Assembly (NCBI GenBank): GCA_029974275.1
Contig: JARKSN010000316.1
Location: 8,125 to 72,124 of the forward strand
Reading direction: 5' to 3'
DNA length: 64,000 nucleotides
DNA from: Candidatus Hydrogenedentota bacterium
GTDB lineage: Bacteria > Hydrogenedentota > Hydrogenedentia > Hydrogenedentales > SLHB01
Both the position numbers and the translations under genes were made by a program. The notes below the pieces were generated by a model. That model was given only the letters and a program-made list of their open reading frames with translations, did no database searches and was not told the DNA's origin. Positions 48,386 to 58,493 of this stretch are shown piece by piece (the first letter of the stretch is position 1; each line of letters begins with the position of its first letter).

Positions 48386-49090
48386 ATGCGAGAACGGAAA
48401 TCCGCCATGACCTCTCCCGAGAACGCCAGAAAGAGCAAGCGCTCTTTTTCCGCCCGCTTGGCCCGGAGCACGCGCACGCGCATGATCTCCGGCTTGTTGG
48501 TGCTCGTGCCCCTGGTGGTCACGTACTTTGTGCTCCAGTTCCTGTACAAAATGTCCGTGGGCACCTTGCTCCCCCTATTGAACAAGGTCGATCTGCAACT
48601 CCCCGAGTACGCCAAGCCCCCCGTGGCTCTGCTTGTCGTGTTTGTCGCGATTTATGTGGCGGGTCTTCTCGCGGGCAACTATGTGGGCCGCAAAGTGATT
48701 GCCTTGGGCGAGGCCATTCTCCGTCGCATTCCCGTAGTCAAGACGGTCTATTCCGCTTCAAAACAGGTTGTAGACACTTTCAGCATCAAGGACAAGCAAG
48801 GATTCAAACGAGTCGCCTTGGTCGAATATCCGCGACCTGGCATCTACGCATTGGGGTTTGTGACCGGAGAGATCCGCCTTCCGGATGGACGGAACTGTTA
48901 TATTGTATTCATACCGACCTCGCCTAACCCAACCTCGGGTTTTTTGGAGGCCGTGCCCATGAGCCAGGCGGAATTGCTCGACCTGTCGATCGAGGAGACG
49001 CTTCGGGTTGTCATGTCCGCCGGCATTTTATCGCCGGAGTCACTGGTTCGCGCCTCGGACGCATCTCCGGAGAAAACGGAGACGTCATGA
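48386..49090 (+). CDS. DUF502-family membrane protein
   Basis: [21 protein letters not shown]...[19 protein letters not shown]...ALGFVTGE matches the DUF502 pattern. Confidence 0.75.
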   Translation: MRERKSAMTSPENARKSKRSFSARLARSTRTRMISGLLVLVPLVVTYFVLQFLYKMSVGTLLPLLNKVDLQLPEYAKPPVALLVVFVAIYVAGLLAGNYVGRKVIALGEAILRRIPVVKTVYSASKQVVDTFSIKDKQGFKRVALVEYPRPGIYALGFVTGEIRLPDGRNCYIVFIPTSPNPTSGFLEAVPMSQAELLDLSIEETLRVVMSAGILSPESLVRASDASPEKTETS

Positions 49091-49500
49091 AATTCGCGAC
49101 CGAGTATCTTTACTTCACGACCCAGCGAAAGCGCGAATACCTCAACATCACCCCCGCCGTCGAGGGCATTGTCGCCAAGAGCGGCGTGCGCGAGGGCATG
49201 GTCCTCGTGAGCGCGATGCACATCACGGCGGGCGTGTATGTCAACGATGCGGAATCAGGGCTTATCCAGGACATCGATGAATGGCTGGAGAATCTGGCCC
49301 CGTTCCGCTCGGACTACCGCCACCATCGCACGGGCGAAACGAACGGCGACGCGCATCTGAAAAGCCTGCTCATTCACCATGAAGTCGTTGTGCCCATCAC
49401 CGAAGGCCGTCTCGACCTCGGACCATGGCAACAAATCTACTATGCCGAGTTCGACGGCCAACGGCGCAAACGTTTGGTCGTCAAGGTCATGGGCGAGTAG
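49087..49500 (+). CDS. YjbQ-family (UPF0047) secondary thiamine-phosphate synthase-like protein
   Basis: [24 protein letters not shown]...[35 protein letters not shown]. Confidence 0.85.
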   Translation: MKFATEYLYFTTQRKREYLNITPAVEGIVAKSGVREGMVLVSAMHITAGVYVNDAESGLIQDIDEWLENLAPFRSDYRHHRTGETNGDAHLKSLLIHHEVVVPITEGRLDLGPWQQIYYAEFDGQRRKRLVVKVMGE

Positions 49501-49506
49501 CCTCGC

Positions 49507-50412
49507 ATGCCCAGCGTCAAAAAATCCTTCTATACGACCGTCGATCACGATTTTGAGGTCGAACATGTCGAAGAAGTCGCGTGCAATCTCTGCCACGCGA
49601 CGGCATACGACGTTTTGGCGCAAGAGCTGGGTTTTGACATCCGCGAATGCTCGAACTGCGGACTCGTGTACGTTTCCCCACAGCCCGCGGCGAATGAAAT
49701 CAAGCGTTTCTACGAGGGCATGTACACCTCGCAAACCGCCGCCGACGCCGCGACCCGTTCCATCGGCGCGGTCGAGCGCCATCTCAAGCGCGTGGTGCTT
49801 GCGCGGAAACCCGAGGGCGGACGCCTCCTCGAAATTGGCTGCGGCTATGGGAATTTTTTGCGGCAGTTCGTGAGCCCGCGATGGACCTTGACCGGCGTCG
49901 AAACCGCAACCAATGCCCTGGCGCACGTGCGCAGGACTGTCCCCGGCGTGACGTTGGTCGAGGGAACCGTCGAAGAATCGGACTTTCCTCCGGCGAGCCA
50001 GGACTGCATCGTGATGATCGCGGTCCTCGAGCACATGAAAGACCCGAAAGGCGTGCTGGCGCGCGTCACGCGTTGGCTTGCTCCGGGCGGGCTCTTGCTC
50101 GTGCAAACGCCCTACATCGCAAACTTCATCCGGGCCAAACGCTGGTTTCCCAAGTTGCCGATACATTTTGAAGCGCCGCGGCATCTGTTCGATTTTTCGC
50201 CGTCGACATTGCCGCGATACTTTGCGGAAGCGGGCCTGCGCGACGTTCGCACGGAGATCGCGCGCCCGTATTCAAGCACGGGCCCTCTGGGCTCGCTGCT
50301 CATTTGGGGCGTCAAGGCGCCGGGTTTGTTGTTGTATGCGCTTACGGGAGGACGCTACGTGTATCCCTATTCGAGCGCCATTGTGGTGCACGGCGTGCGC
50401 GAACGCGCCTAG
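49507..50412 (+). CDS. Class I SAM-dependent methyltransferase with an N-terminal Cys4 zinc-ribbon
   Basis: CNLCHA...CSNCG, followed by LLEIGCGYGNFL (motif I). Confidence 0.8.
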   Translation: MPSVKKSFYTTVDHDFEVEHVEEVACNLCHATAYDVLAQELGFDIRECSNCGLVYVSPQPAANEIKRFYEGMYTSQTAADAATRSIGAVERHLKRVVLARKPEGGRLLEIGCGYGNFLRQFVSPRWTLTGVETATNALAHVRRTVPGVTLVEGTVEESDFPPASQDCIVMIAVLEHMKDPKGVLARVTRWLAPGGLLLVQTPYIANFIRAKRWFPKLPIHFEAPRHLFDFSPSTLPRYFAEAGLRDVRTEIARPYSSTGPLGSLLIWGVKAPGLLLYALTGGRYVYPYSSAIVVHGVRERA

Positions 50413-50418
50413 ATCGCC

Positions 50419-51666
50419 GTGGGGAAGAAACAAGGAGACGCCACTGTGCAAGCTGTGATCATGGCTGCGGGTCAATCGACGCGCACCTACCCGTTGACCC
50501 TCACGCGGCCCAAGCCGCTGCTTCCGCTTCTGAACAGGCCGGTGCTCGCACACCAGCTCGACGCGCTGCATGGAACCATCGACGAGGCGATCCTCGTCGT
50601 CGGCTACATGCGCGAACAAATCGAGACAGCATTTGGCGATGACTATCGCGGAATCCGCCTGCGGTACGTCGTGCAGGAAGAGCAGAAAGGCACGGGGCAC
50701 GCAATTCTGCAGAGTGCGCCGCACATCAAAGGCCCCTTCCTCGCCATGAACGGAGACGACCTGTATGCCGCGACGGACCTTCGACGGTTGGCGGCGTCGG
50801 ACGATCCCGCAGCTCTTGTGAAGCATGTCGAGGACCCGCGGCTCTATGGCATCTACGAAGCGGACGGCGATGGTCGCGTCAAGCGTCTCGTCGAGAAACC
50901 TGCGGAGGTGTTCTCGACCCTGGCCAACGTGGGCGCATACCGCTTCGAGCCGTCCGTGTTCGACGTTTTGAAGCGCACGCAGCCCTCCGCGCGGGGAGAG
51001 ATCGAGATCACATGCGCCATCCAGGCCCTCGCGGAACAGGCGACGTTCCGCGTCGTCGAAATGGAAAGCTACTGGCTTCCCATCGGGTATCCGTGGCATC
51101 TGCTCGACGCCAACGAATATCTGCTGAATGCCTGGCTCGAACATCGCATTGAAGGCGAAGTGAGCCCCGCCGCGCACATCAACGGACGCGTCAACATTGG
51201 CAAAGGAACCGTCGTCCGTTCTGGCGTCGTCATCGACGGGCCGGTCCTCATCGGCGAAAACTGCCATATTGGCCCCAACTGCTGGCTACGGCCCGGCGCC
51301 ACGATTGGCAATCACTGCAAGGTTGGCCACGGCGTCGAGATCAAGAACTCGATCCTGATGGATCATGCCGCCGCGCCGCATCTCAACTATGTCGGCGACA
51401 GCATCATTGGCGAACGCACCAACCTTGGTTGCGGCACGGTGACCGCGAACGTCCGCCACGACGGAAAGAATATTGCGTCCGTTGTGAAAGGCGAAGTCAT
51501 CGACAGCGGGCGCAGAAAACTGGGCGCCATCATCGGCGATCACGTGCATACGGGGATCAACACGTCCATCTACCCAGGCCGCAAGTTCTGGCCGCACACA
51601 TACAGCTTTCCGGGCGAGGCCGTCCGCAAAGACGTCGTCGATACGCGCCGCACGCCGCAAAAATAA
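50419..51666 (+). CDS. Bifunctional-type sugar-1-phosphate nucleotidyltransferase with a C-terminal left-handed beta-helix (GlmU-like)
   Basis: N-terminal VIMAAGQSTRTYPLTLTRPKPLLP (NTP_transferase). C-terminal hexapeptide repeats IGKGTVVRSGVVIDGPVLIGENCHIGPNCWLRPGATIGNHCKVGHGVEI. Confidence 0.8.
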   Translation: MGKKQGDATVQAVIMAAGQSTRTYPLTLTRPKPLLPLLNRPVLAHQLDALHGTIDEAILVVGYMREQIETAFGDDYRGIRLRYVVQEEQKGTGHAILQSAPHIKGPFLAMNGDDLYAATDLRRLAASDDPAALVKHVEDPRLYGIYEADGDGRVKRLVEKPAEVFSTLANVGAYRFEPSVFDVLKRTQPSARGEIEITCAIQALAEQATFRVVEMESYWLPIGYPWHLLDANEYLLNAWLEHRIEGEVSPAAHINGRVNIGKGTVVRSGVVIDGPVLIGENCHIGPNCWLRPGATIGNHCKVGHGVEIKNSILMDHAAAPHLNYVGDSIIGERTNLGCGTVTANVRHDGKNIASVVKGEVIDSGRRKLGAIIGDHVHTGINTSIYPGRKFWPHTYSFPGEAVRKDVVDTRRTPQK

Positions 51667-51703
51667 GCCGTTGGGGGGCGTAACCGCCGAATGATCCGCT
51701 TCG

Positions 51704-52135
51704 CTAGGACTCTATCGAAGGATCCGAATCTGGGCGGTCATCCGGAAGGTTCAGGAGACTTTTCAGGGCGCCAAATGCTTGCATGCCCGAGGGGGGCGCC
51801 GCATCGCGATAGACGGCTGCGGCTCCCCGAGCGCCGGTGCGTTCATAGGCCTCGTGCGCATCGTCGTGACAGTACAAACACAGGAGCTCCCAATTGCTGC
51901 CATCGCTCGGGTTGTTCTTGTGATTGTTGTCTTTGTGGTGCACGGTGAGCTCGCGGAGGTTTTTCCCGGAAAATTCCCGGCCGCATCGGGCGCAAACATG
52001 GGGAAACAAAACAAGGGCCTGCTCACGATAGGCCGATTGCGATGGCGTCTTCTCGAACCGAAGAGCAGCGGGAGTCGCCTGTTTTTCCAGCTTCGAAGGT
52101 TTCCGTTTCTGCGGCATGAGTTTCTCCTGTTTCAC
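51704..52135 (-). CDS. yajD: HNH nuclease YajD-like
   Basis: YREQALVLFPHVCARCGREFSGKNLRELTVHHKDNNHKNNPSDGSNWELLCLYCHDDAHE is near-colinear with E. coli YajD. Confidence 0.8.
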   Translation of the reverse strand: MKQEKLMPQKRKPSKLEKQATPAALRFEKTPSQSAYREQALVLFPHVCARCGREFSGKNLRELTVHHKDNNHKNNPSDGSNWELLCLYCHDDAHEAYERTGARGAAAVYRDAAPPSGMQAFGALKSLLNLPDDRPDSDPSIES

Positions 52136-52146
52136 TCGGGCGGAGT

Positions 52147-52503
52147 CTACCCCATTATCGGTTTTTCGAACTCGACATCGCAGTAGAGGCAGCGGCTATG
52201 CCGCGACGACGAGACGCGATGGCAGACAGGACATTCGACCGCCATCGCGGTCATGCGACCGTCCTGGACTCCGTCGCGCAAATCGATCTCGAGAGCCTTT
52301 TCTTCAAGCTGTCTGTCGGTAAGCTTGGCGCGTTCGCGCAGCAGTTCCCACAGAGCTTGATTGAGAAGTTGCAGACGCCCGATGGTCTGTTCCAACACGC
52401 GCATGCGCTGTTCAAGACTTGCGGTCTGGGAACGCGCCTGCGTGTCGGCCGTATTCGGCGCGGAGCCGCTTCCTGCATACCAGATGCCACCCATGCCTAA
52501 CAT
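52147..52503 (-). CDS. Hypothetical coiled-coil protein with a C-terminal zinc ribbon
   Basis: Coiled coil (LEQRMRVLEQTIGRLQLLNQALWELLRERAKL), then CPVCH...CLYCD. Confidence 0.4.
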   Translation of the reverse strand: MLGMGGIWYAGSGSAPNTADTQARSQTASLEQRMRVLEQTIGRLQLLNQALWELLRERAKLTDRQLEEKALEIDLRDGVQDGRMTAMAVECPVCHRVSSSRHSRCLYCDVEFEKPIMG

Positions 52504-52558
52504 GACGATTCCCTCCTTGTTTCAGCAGCGCCCATCAGGTTGGCCGCGCATGCCGCTG

Positions 52559-53584
52559 TCAGAACAGTGCAGTCTGCTGCGGCGCCTCGGGCGGTTTAAG
52601 GCCGATGTGGACGTATGCGCGGGGCGTGGCGACGCGGCCCTGCTGGGTGCGCTTGATGAACCCAACTTGGATCAGAAACGGCTCATGGACTTCTTCAAGC
52701 GTCTGGGATTCCTCGCCCACCGCAACGGCTAGCGAGGAGAGTCCCACCGGGCCGCCATTGAATTTCTCAATCAGTGTATGCAGGATGGCGCGATCCATGT
52801 CGTCCAACCCAAGTTCATCGACGCGCAACAACCGCAACGCAGCGTCCGCCATTTCCTGCGTGATGGCGCCCGTTCCCTTCACCTGTGCATAGTCGCGCAC
52901 GCGCCGCAACAGGCGGTTTGCAATACGCGCCGTGCCACGCGACCGCGACGCAATCTCCAGCGCGCCGTCGGAATCGATCGGCACATCGAGAATCCGTGCC
53001 GCACGAATAATGATCGCCTGCAACTCCTTCGGCGAATAGAACTCAAAACGGCACGTGTCGCCGAACCGCGCGCGCAACGGCGGCGTTAGTAGCCCCGCCC
53101 GCGTCGTCGCGCCAATCAACGTGAACGGCTTCAACCCAATCTTCATCGAACGCGCCGTCGGCCCGCGCCCGAGCAAGATGTCCACCTCAAAATCCTCCAT
53201 CGCCGAATACAGCGTTTCCTCGACGGCGTGGTTCAGGCGATGGATCTCGTCGATGAATAGAACGTCGTGCGCTTCAAGCCCCGTCAAGATCGCCGTCAGG
53301 TCCGCTTGCCGCTCGATGACCGGACCGGAAGTGGCCTTAAAGTCCACGCCCATCTCGTTCGCGAGAATACGTGCGAGCGTCGTCTTGCCCAGCCCCGGCG
53401 GGCCGTTCAGCAGCAGATGGTCGAGCGGCTCGTTGCGTCCCTTCGCCGCGAGAATCGCGATGCGCAGTTTTTCCTTGATCGGGTCCTGTCCCGGAAAATC
53501 CTCCAGCCGTTGCGGGCGGATCTGCTCGTCAAACACTGTCTCGTCCGACAGCGGTTTGGGATCGAGGACATCGTCCTGTGACAT
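52559..53584 (-). CDS. ruvB: Holliday junction branch-migration helicase RuvB
   Basis: [23 protein letters not shown] (Walker A) and Walker [10 protein letters not shown]. The ATG at 53584 is confirmed (MSQDDVLDP). Confidence 0.95.
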   Translation of the reverse strand: MSQDDVLDPKPLSDETVFDEQIRPQRLEDFPGQDPIKEKLRIAILAAKGRNEPLDHLLLNGPPGLGKTTLARILANEMGVDFKATSGPVIERQADLTAILTGLEAHDVLFIDEIHRLNHAVEETLYSAMEDFEVDILLGRGPTARSMKIGLKPFTLIGATTRAGLLTPPLRARFGDTCRFEFYSPKELQAIIIRAARILDVPIDSDGALEIASRSRGTARIANRLLRRVRDYAQVKGTGAITQEMADAALRLLRVDELGLDDMDRAILHTLIEKFNGGPVGLSSLAVAVGEESQTLEEVHEPFLIQVGFIKRTQQGRVATPRAYVHIGLKPPEAPQQTALF

Positions 53585-53588
53585 GTGC

Positions 53589-54332
53589 TTACCTTTGTTT
53601 CCGGGCCCGAATACACAGAAAAACGGGGCGACGCCGTTCATCCAGCAACTCCGGCTGGGCGGCTTCCGCCTCGGGCGTTGCATGGGGTTCCAACAGACGA
53701 TCAAGAACAAAGCCGTTGTCCGCCAACGCATTCACCCACGTGCCTATCGTGCGATGATATTTCACCACACCCCGCACGATCCAGTCTATTTCACGCCGGC
53801 CTTCTTCATGATAATGGTCCAACGCCCAAAACAACCGCGTCCCGTTTTCGTCACAAAACCAGGACGAACCCCGCGGATTCCGGGTCGCCGTCACAACGGG
53901 ATGCTCGGTCGAAAACACCAACACGCCACCCGGCGCTAAGCAACGATGCACCCGAGCGAGCATCGCGCCAAGGTCCTCCACGTAATGAAACATGAGCGAA
54001 CTCACGATCACGTCATACGCATGCTCTGGTTCATCCAACTCCTCGACGGCCTCCTGCCGAAACGACACGCCGTCAAGCCCGCGCGACGCCGCAACGACCA
54101 ACATCCGTTCGGACAGGTCAATGCCAACCACCGATGCCGCGCCCTGCGCTCGCAGATATGCACACATCCCGCCCGTGCCGCATCCAAGGTCCAGTACCCG
54201 TCGCCCCGCCACGTCCGGCAACAACGAACGTACAGCGGGATCGTCGATGACAGTGTTGAAAGAGAGCGGATTTTCGCGTAATCGTGCGTACCCGTCGAAA
54301 AAGTCAGGGTTGTCGTAGATGTTTTGTTGCAT
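53589..54332 (-). CDS. Class I SAM-dependent methyltransferase
   Basis: [33 protein letters not shown] (motif I and post I). It sits between ruvA and ruvB. Confidence 0.85.
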   Translation of the reverse strand: MQQNIYDNPDFFDGYARLRENPLSFNTVIDDPAVRSLLPDVAGRRVLDLGCGTGGMCAYLRAQGAASVVGIDLSERMLVVAASRGLDGVSFRQEAVEELDEPEHAYDVIVSSLMFHYVEDLGAMLARVHRCLAPGGVLVFSTEHPVVTATRNPRGSSWFCDENGTRLFWALDHYHEEGRREIDWIVRGVVKYHRTIGTWVNALADNGFVLDRLLEPHATPEAEAAQPELLDERRRPVFLCIRARKQR

Positions 54333-54392
54333 GTGGATAGCTCCTGCGAATGTCGCGAGGGACTCACGCCACGGGTTCAAGAAGCGGTACGC

Positions 54393-54995
54393 TCACACCT
54401 TCGCCATGGAGCGAAGCGCCGTTTTCAGAACATCTTCATCGGCGGCATCTGGCCCAAGTTTCTTGCGGGCGGATTGGGCGGCTCTTTTTGCCTCGCCGAG
54501 GGTGCAGCCGAGCGAACACAATGCGGCGACGACATCGTCCGTGTCGGCATCCTCTGCGCTTTCGGGCGCGCCGAGGATGGCGTCGAGTTCGGCGTCCTGA
54601 CCGAGTTTGGCCTTCATTTCGAGGACGATGCGTTGGGCCATCTTCTTGCCGATGCCGCTGATTTTGGTGAGCGCGGTGACGTCGTTCTGTTGCACGGCGC
54701 GCCCAAACTCTGCCACGCTCACGCCGGACAACACGGCCAGCGCGACCTTCGGTCCGACGCCTGTCACGCCGAGCAGCATGCGGAACAACGTCCGCTCGTC
54801 CTCGCGCAGGAAGCCGAAGATCTGGAACGCGTCCTCCCGGATGTAGCAGTGCGTCAATAGCGTGACGGTCTGGTCTTCAGTGACGCGCCGTTGCGTCGAG
54901 CCCGGCACCCAGACCTCATACCCCACGCCGCCGACGTCGAGTTCGACATGTGCTAGCGCTTTGCGCGCCACTGTACCTCGTAGAAATGCAAACAT
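54393..54995 (-). CDS. ruvA: Holliday junction DNA helicase RuvA
   Basis: MFAFLRGTVARKALAHVELDVGGVGYEV...LLGVTGVGPKVALAVLSG...LTKISGIGKKMAQRIVLEMK (HhH motifs). The ATG at 54995 is confirmed. Confidence 0.93.
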   Translation of the reverse strand: MFAFLRGTVARKALAHVELDVGGVGYEVWVPGSTQRRVTEDQTVTLLTHCYIREDAFQIFGFLREDERTLFRMLLGVTGVGPKVALAVLSGVSVAEFGRAVQQNDVTALTKISGIGKKMAQRIVLEMKAKLGQDAELDAILGAPESAEDADTDDVVAALCSLGCTLGEAKRAAQSARKKLGPDAADEDVLKTALRSMAKV

Positions 54996-55034
54996 GACCG
55001 TATGGTAGCCAGGCGCACGCAGGAAGTCCAGCAG

Positions 55035-55070
55035 TGGAGGGGAAGCGGCTTGTGGAGGGGAAGCGGCTTG
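55035..55070. repeat. Perfect 18-bp tandem direct repeat (TGGAGGGGAAGCGGCTTG x2)
   Basis: Read directly at 55035-55052 and 55053-55070. It lies in the divergent intergenic region between ruvA (minus) and the 55105 plus-strand gene. Confidence 0.9.
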
Positions 55071-55104
55071 TTGACCGCCAAGGCGCGCGGAGATAGACTT
55101 AGGC

Positions 55105-56193
55105 ATGCGTCGTTTGTTGCTCCTATTCATGATGCTTGCGCCGTTCGTTGCGATGGCGGAGGAGATGGTCGCCAATCCTGGCTTCGAGGACATCATTGGC
55201 GATATGCCGGCGCGTTGGCATATTTTTGTGCAGCCGATGGAAGGCGCTCACGGAGCGCTGGATGCCAAAGTCGCCCATGAAGGCCGTTGTTCGATCCGCT
55301 TGCACAACCCGCGCCGCTACGAGAAAGAACCCGCCAACAATTGGAGCCAGAACATCATGCGCGGTTTGGGCGGACGCGTCCTGGTCGTCAAGGGATTCAT
55401 CAGGACCCAGACCGCGACCGAGGCCTCCATTTGGCTTCAGTGCTGCAAGAAGAAACCTTGGACGGTCCTTAGCCTTTCGAGCACGGATGATGCGACGCCC
55501 ATATACGGCACCCGTGACTGGGCCCCTGTGGAAATGCGCGTCGAGACGCCGGCCAACACGGAATGCTTGGTGGTGCGTTGCGTCCTGAAGGGGCAGGGCA
55601 CGGCATGGTTTGACGACATCAGCGTTGAAGACGCAGGTCCCGCGCACGAATCCGCCCCCCCAACAACCAGCGAACCGCCATCCGCCGCCGCGGCCGCTTC
55701 GGACGGCTCCCTCTCGAACCCGGCGAAACCAAAAGTGGAACCCTTGATTCCGGTAGCGCCAATGCCGCCAAAGCAGCCGGAGCTTCCCGCCGTCCCTGAG
55801 GTGTCAGATGCGGCGGTTTCATGGACGAAACCGACTTCGCCGTTGGTTCCAATTCCGAAAAAGAAGTCGGAGGCTTCTTTCGAAGCGCTGGGGGATCCAG
55901 CGGTCGATCGGGACACGAGCGCATGGTCAACAGATAGCGAGTGGCGCCGTGCGTATAAAGCGGTGGAGTCCGCCAACGCAGCGCTCAGACGCAGGAACGA
56001 GGACCTCGAACGCCAGGTGGCGGAACTACACAAACAGTTGCAGGCCGTGCAGAGCGATGTGAGGAAACTGCAGGACCGGCACGTCGCCGAAGCGACGCTC
56101 GATCCGCCTTCCAATGCGCGGCCAACGCCGTTTCTTGCCCCCCAAGACGATCCATTGCTGACGCCGCACGCCGATCCAGAGGAGCGACCCTAA
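55105..56193 (+). CDS. Secreted protein: N-terminal CBM4/9-like beta-sandwich, Pro/Ala linker, C-terminal coiled coil
   Basis: Signal peptide MRRLLLLFMMLAPFVAMA. The motif ANPGFEDIIGDMPARWH...GTAWFDDISVE is typical of carbohydrate-binding-like modules. C-terminal RRRNEDLERQVAELHKQLQAVQSDVRKLQ. Confidence 0.55.
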   Translation: MRRLLLLFMMLAPFVAMAEEMVANPGFEDIIGDMPARWHIFVQPMEGAHGALDAKVAHEGRCSIRLHNPRRYEKEPANNWSQNIMRGLGGRVLVVKGFIRTQTATEASIWLQCCKKKPWTVLSLSSTDDATPIYGTRDWAPVEMRVETPANTECLVVRCVLKGQGTAWFDDISVEDAGPAHESAPPTTSEPPSAAAAASDGSLSNPAKPKVEPLIPVAPMPPKQPELPAVPEVSDAAVSWTKPTSPLVPIPKKKSEASFEALGDPAVDRDTSAWSTDSEWRRAYKAVESANAALRRRNEDLERQVAELHKQLQAVQSDVRKLQDRHVAEATLDPPSNARPTPFLAPQDDPLLTPHADPEERP

Positions 56194-56369
56194 TGATCCA
56201 GTTTCTCTTGCTTGTCGTTATCGCAATCATTTTTGGGGCGGTTGCTGGGGGAATTGTCTGGCATTCGTGGACCATACTGGACAAGGTGTTGCCTCCCGCG
56301 GCGGAAACCGATCCTGAGGAACCTTCCCCGCGAAGGCCGCGCGACGGCGAGAAGACCCGGGGGAAATAG
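56193..56369 (+). CDS. Unannotated 58-aa small membrane protein
   Basis: MIQFLLLVVIAIIFGAVAGGIVWHSWTILDKVLPPAAETDPEEPSPRRPRDGEKTRGK has one TM helix. Its ATG overlaps the upstream TAA (TAATG at 56191-56195). It is below the track's 60-aa cutoff. Confidence 0.4.
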   Translation: MIQFLLLVVIAIIFGAVAGGIVWHSWTILDKVLPPAAETDPEEPSPRRPRDGEKTRGK

Positions 56370-56605
56370 GCCATGCTCATCAGAACGGCACGAGACCGCA
56401 GATGAATTCCGATCGGAAACCGCGTCCCTATATCGGGGTGCATTTCAAGTGTTGCAACGTCTACATTCGCGTCTATCTCGACCGTTTCGGCAGGACATTC
56501 AGCGGCCATTGCCCCAAGTGCATGCGCAGAATCGAGATCAAAGTCGGCCCCGGCGGCAGCGCATCGCGCTTCTGGACAGCGAAATGATGGCGCGTTCGCA
56601 ACCCA

Positions 56606-57496
56606 TCACGCCCCGATATCCAGGGTGGGCCCTGTTTTTGACAGACGTTCCGCACGCAGTTCCGGATGGACCCTGTACGCTTCGAGCACTTCATGCGTCC
56701 GGACTTCCGGCCATGTCATGTCTGCCAATCGGTCGATCAAGGCTGTGTCGTCTTTCGTGAAGGCGTTTTCCGGCCGGTCGATCATTGGGGCGCTGTCCCA
56801 CGGGAAAAACTCGAGTTTGTTGAGACACATAACGTCGCGGACCACATTCGCCCGAACGTAGTGGATGCCCCAGACGTTCAACATGCCGCACAGATTCGGG
56901 TCCGTCATGCCGGTTCGGCAGCGCCGCCACATATCCCCGGCCACCGCGAAACGATCGGGCTGCAAATCATAGGGATCGAATGCGATGCGGAATGCGGCGC
57001 GATGCAAGTCGTCGATTTGCGCATCGACAAGCACCCATCGTCGCTGGGCGACGTCCCAATACTCCGCCACCCAGTGATCGCCGAACTTCCCCTTGTGAAA
57101 ATACGCCTCGAATCCGCAGCGCACGCGCGCCGGAACGCCCTGACTGCGCAATATCGAACAGAGCAGCACGGAGAAATGGCGGCAGCTTGCGACAAGGCGG
57201 CGCTCGGGAGGGCGCTGAATCCAAAACGGAGCCGGATCATGCGCGAGCAGAGCCGGAAGCAGCGCGGCCGTCTCGGCGATCTGCACCTCCTGCATCCGGT
57301 CTTCCGGAACCAGGAAGCCATATTTTTTGGCGTGAAACACATGGATGAGGAGGCCTTGCAACATCGCGCAAAGCGCGGGTGCGTCATGCGGGAGACCCTG
57401 ATACAAATGCGCAAACGGCCCGGGATCGGTAATCGGGCTATGTTCGCGATAAAAATCGGACGAATCAAGGTTCATGATCGTTCCCTGCTGCATCAC
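56606..57496 (-). CDS. Transglutaminase-like cysteine peptidase-fold protein
   Basis: The C/H/D triad context is CRHFSVLLCSILRSQGVPARVRCGF...DHWVAEYWD...WVLVDAQ. Confidence 0.8.
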   Translation of the reverse strand: MMQQGTIMNLDSSDFYREHSPITDPGPFAHLYQGLPHDAPALCAMLQGLLIHVFHAKKYGFLVPEDRMQEVQIAETAALLPALLAHDPAPFWIQRPPERRLVASCRHFSVLLCSILRSQGVPARVRCGFEAYFHKGKFGDHWVAEYWDVAQRRWVLVDAQIDDLHRAAFRIAFDPYDLQPDRFAVAGDMWRRCRTGMTDPNLCGMLNVWGIHYVRANVVRDVMCLNKLEFFPWDSAPMIDRPENAFTKDDTALIDRLADMTWPEVRTHEVLEAYRVHPELRAERLSKTGPTLDIGA

Positions 57497-57508
57497 TCCA
57501 CGCTCGAA

Positions 57509-58414
57509 TCAACTGCTGGGGCCGGCGCGGCGCGAATCCCGCTGGAGCGACTGAAGAAACTCGGGATCAAGCGAAATGCCAAGCCGCTGACATTCGCGCA
57601 CGGCCTGCCACGCACGGTCGTAGTCCTTCCGTTTCCAATAGGCCACCGCCAGGCCCTTGCGCACGGACGGATTCTTGCGATCGTACGCAAGCGCGGTAAG
57701 CCATGTCGTGAGCGCATTGTCGTACTGCTCAAGATTGAAATAGCAGAGCCCCAAGTTGTAGTAGTCGTCCGCGAAACCTGGATCCAGATCGATCAAGCGC
57801 TTAAACGCCGCGATGCCTTCCTTATAGCGTTCGGTGCGGTACAAGACCTTGGCCAGTTCCGCGTTCACGTCGACGTCCTCAGGCTTCATCGCGGACAACC
57901 GTTGCAGCGGTTCGAGCAATTCTCCCGGATCGCCGTCAAGAAGAAGAACCACCATATTCTGGAGAGTCACCTCGTCGTTTGGCTGAATGTCCAACGCTGC
58001 GCGGTAGGCCGCGAGGGCCTCATCGCGCTTTCCGAGGTTGCGTAAGCACAAGCCCTTGTTGCATAGGGCCGCCATGTGCTGCGGGTCTAGCCGCGCCGCC
58101 TCGTCGTAATGGACGCAAGCCTCCTCAAAACGCTTTTGATCGAACAGAGCGTTGCCCAAACGATAATGCGCGCCGGCGTCATCGGGAGAAGATTTTACAG
58201 CGTCTTCGAGCGCCTTGAACTCTTTGGCGGCATGGGTCTGACTCATGGATTGCGGCGCGGTTTCGTGCGTGCGCGATTCCCTACGGTGCAGGTCGCGCGC
58301 GGCTTGCGGCCGAGTGGGGGTGGCGCACCCTGTAAGGATCATGATCGCCGCGAAGCCAAGGATCCACAATCCGCTCCCTGCAATTCGATTGGCCGCTTTC
58401 CTGCCGATACACAT
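57509..58414 (-). CDS. TPR-repeat lipoprotein
   Basis: The ATG at 58414 is confirmed (MCIGRK...). Lipobox ILTGC, with at least six TPR-like repeats (AHYRLGNALFDQKRFEEACVHYDEAARLDP, etc.). Confidence 0.8.
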   Translation of the reverse strand: MCIGRKAANRIAGSGLWILGFAAIMILTGCATPTRPQAARDLHRRESRTHETAPQSMSQTHAAKEFKALEDAVKSSPDDAGAHYRLGNALFDQKRFEEACVHYDEAARLDPQHMAALCNKGLCLRNLGKRDEALAAYRAALDIQPNDEVTLQNMVVLLLDGDPGELLEPLQRLSAMKPEDVDVNAELAKVLYRTERYKEGIAAFKRLIDLDPGFADDYYNLGLCYFNLEQYDNALTTWLTALAYDRKNPSVRKGLAVAYWKRKDYDRAWQAVRECQRLGISLDPEFLQSLQRDSRRAGPSS

Positions 58415-58493
58415 GCACTTCCGCTCCTCTTTGGAGATGCTTCGCGCTGATCGCGATGACACGCATGCTGGATTTCCCATGCGCATCACTACA

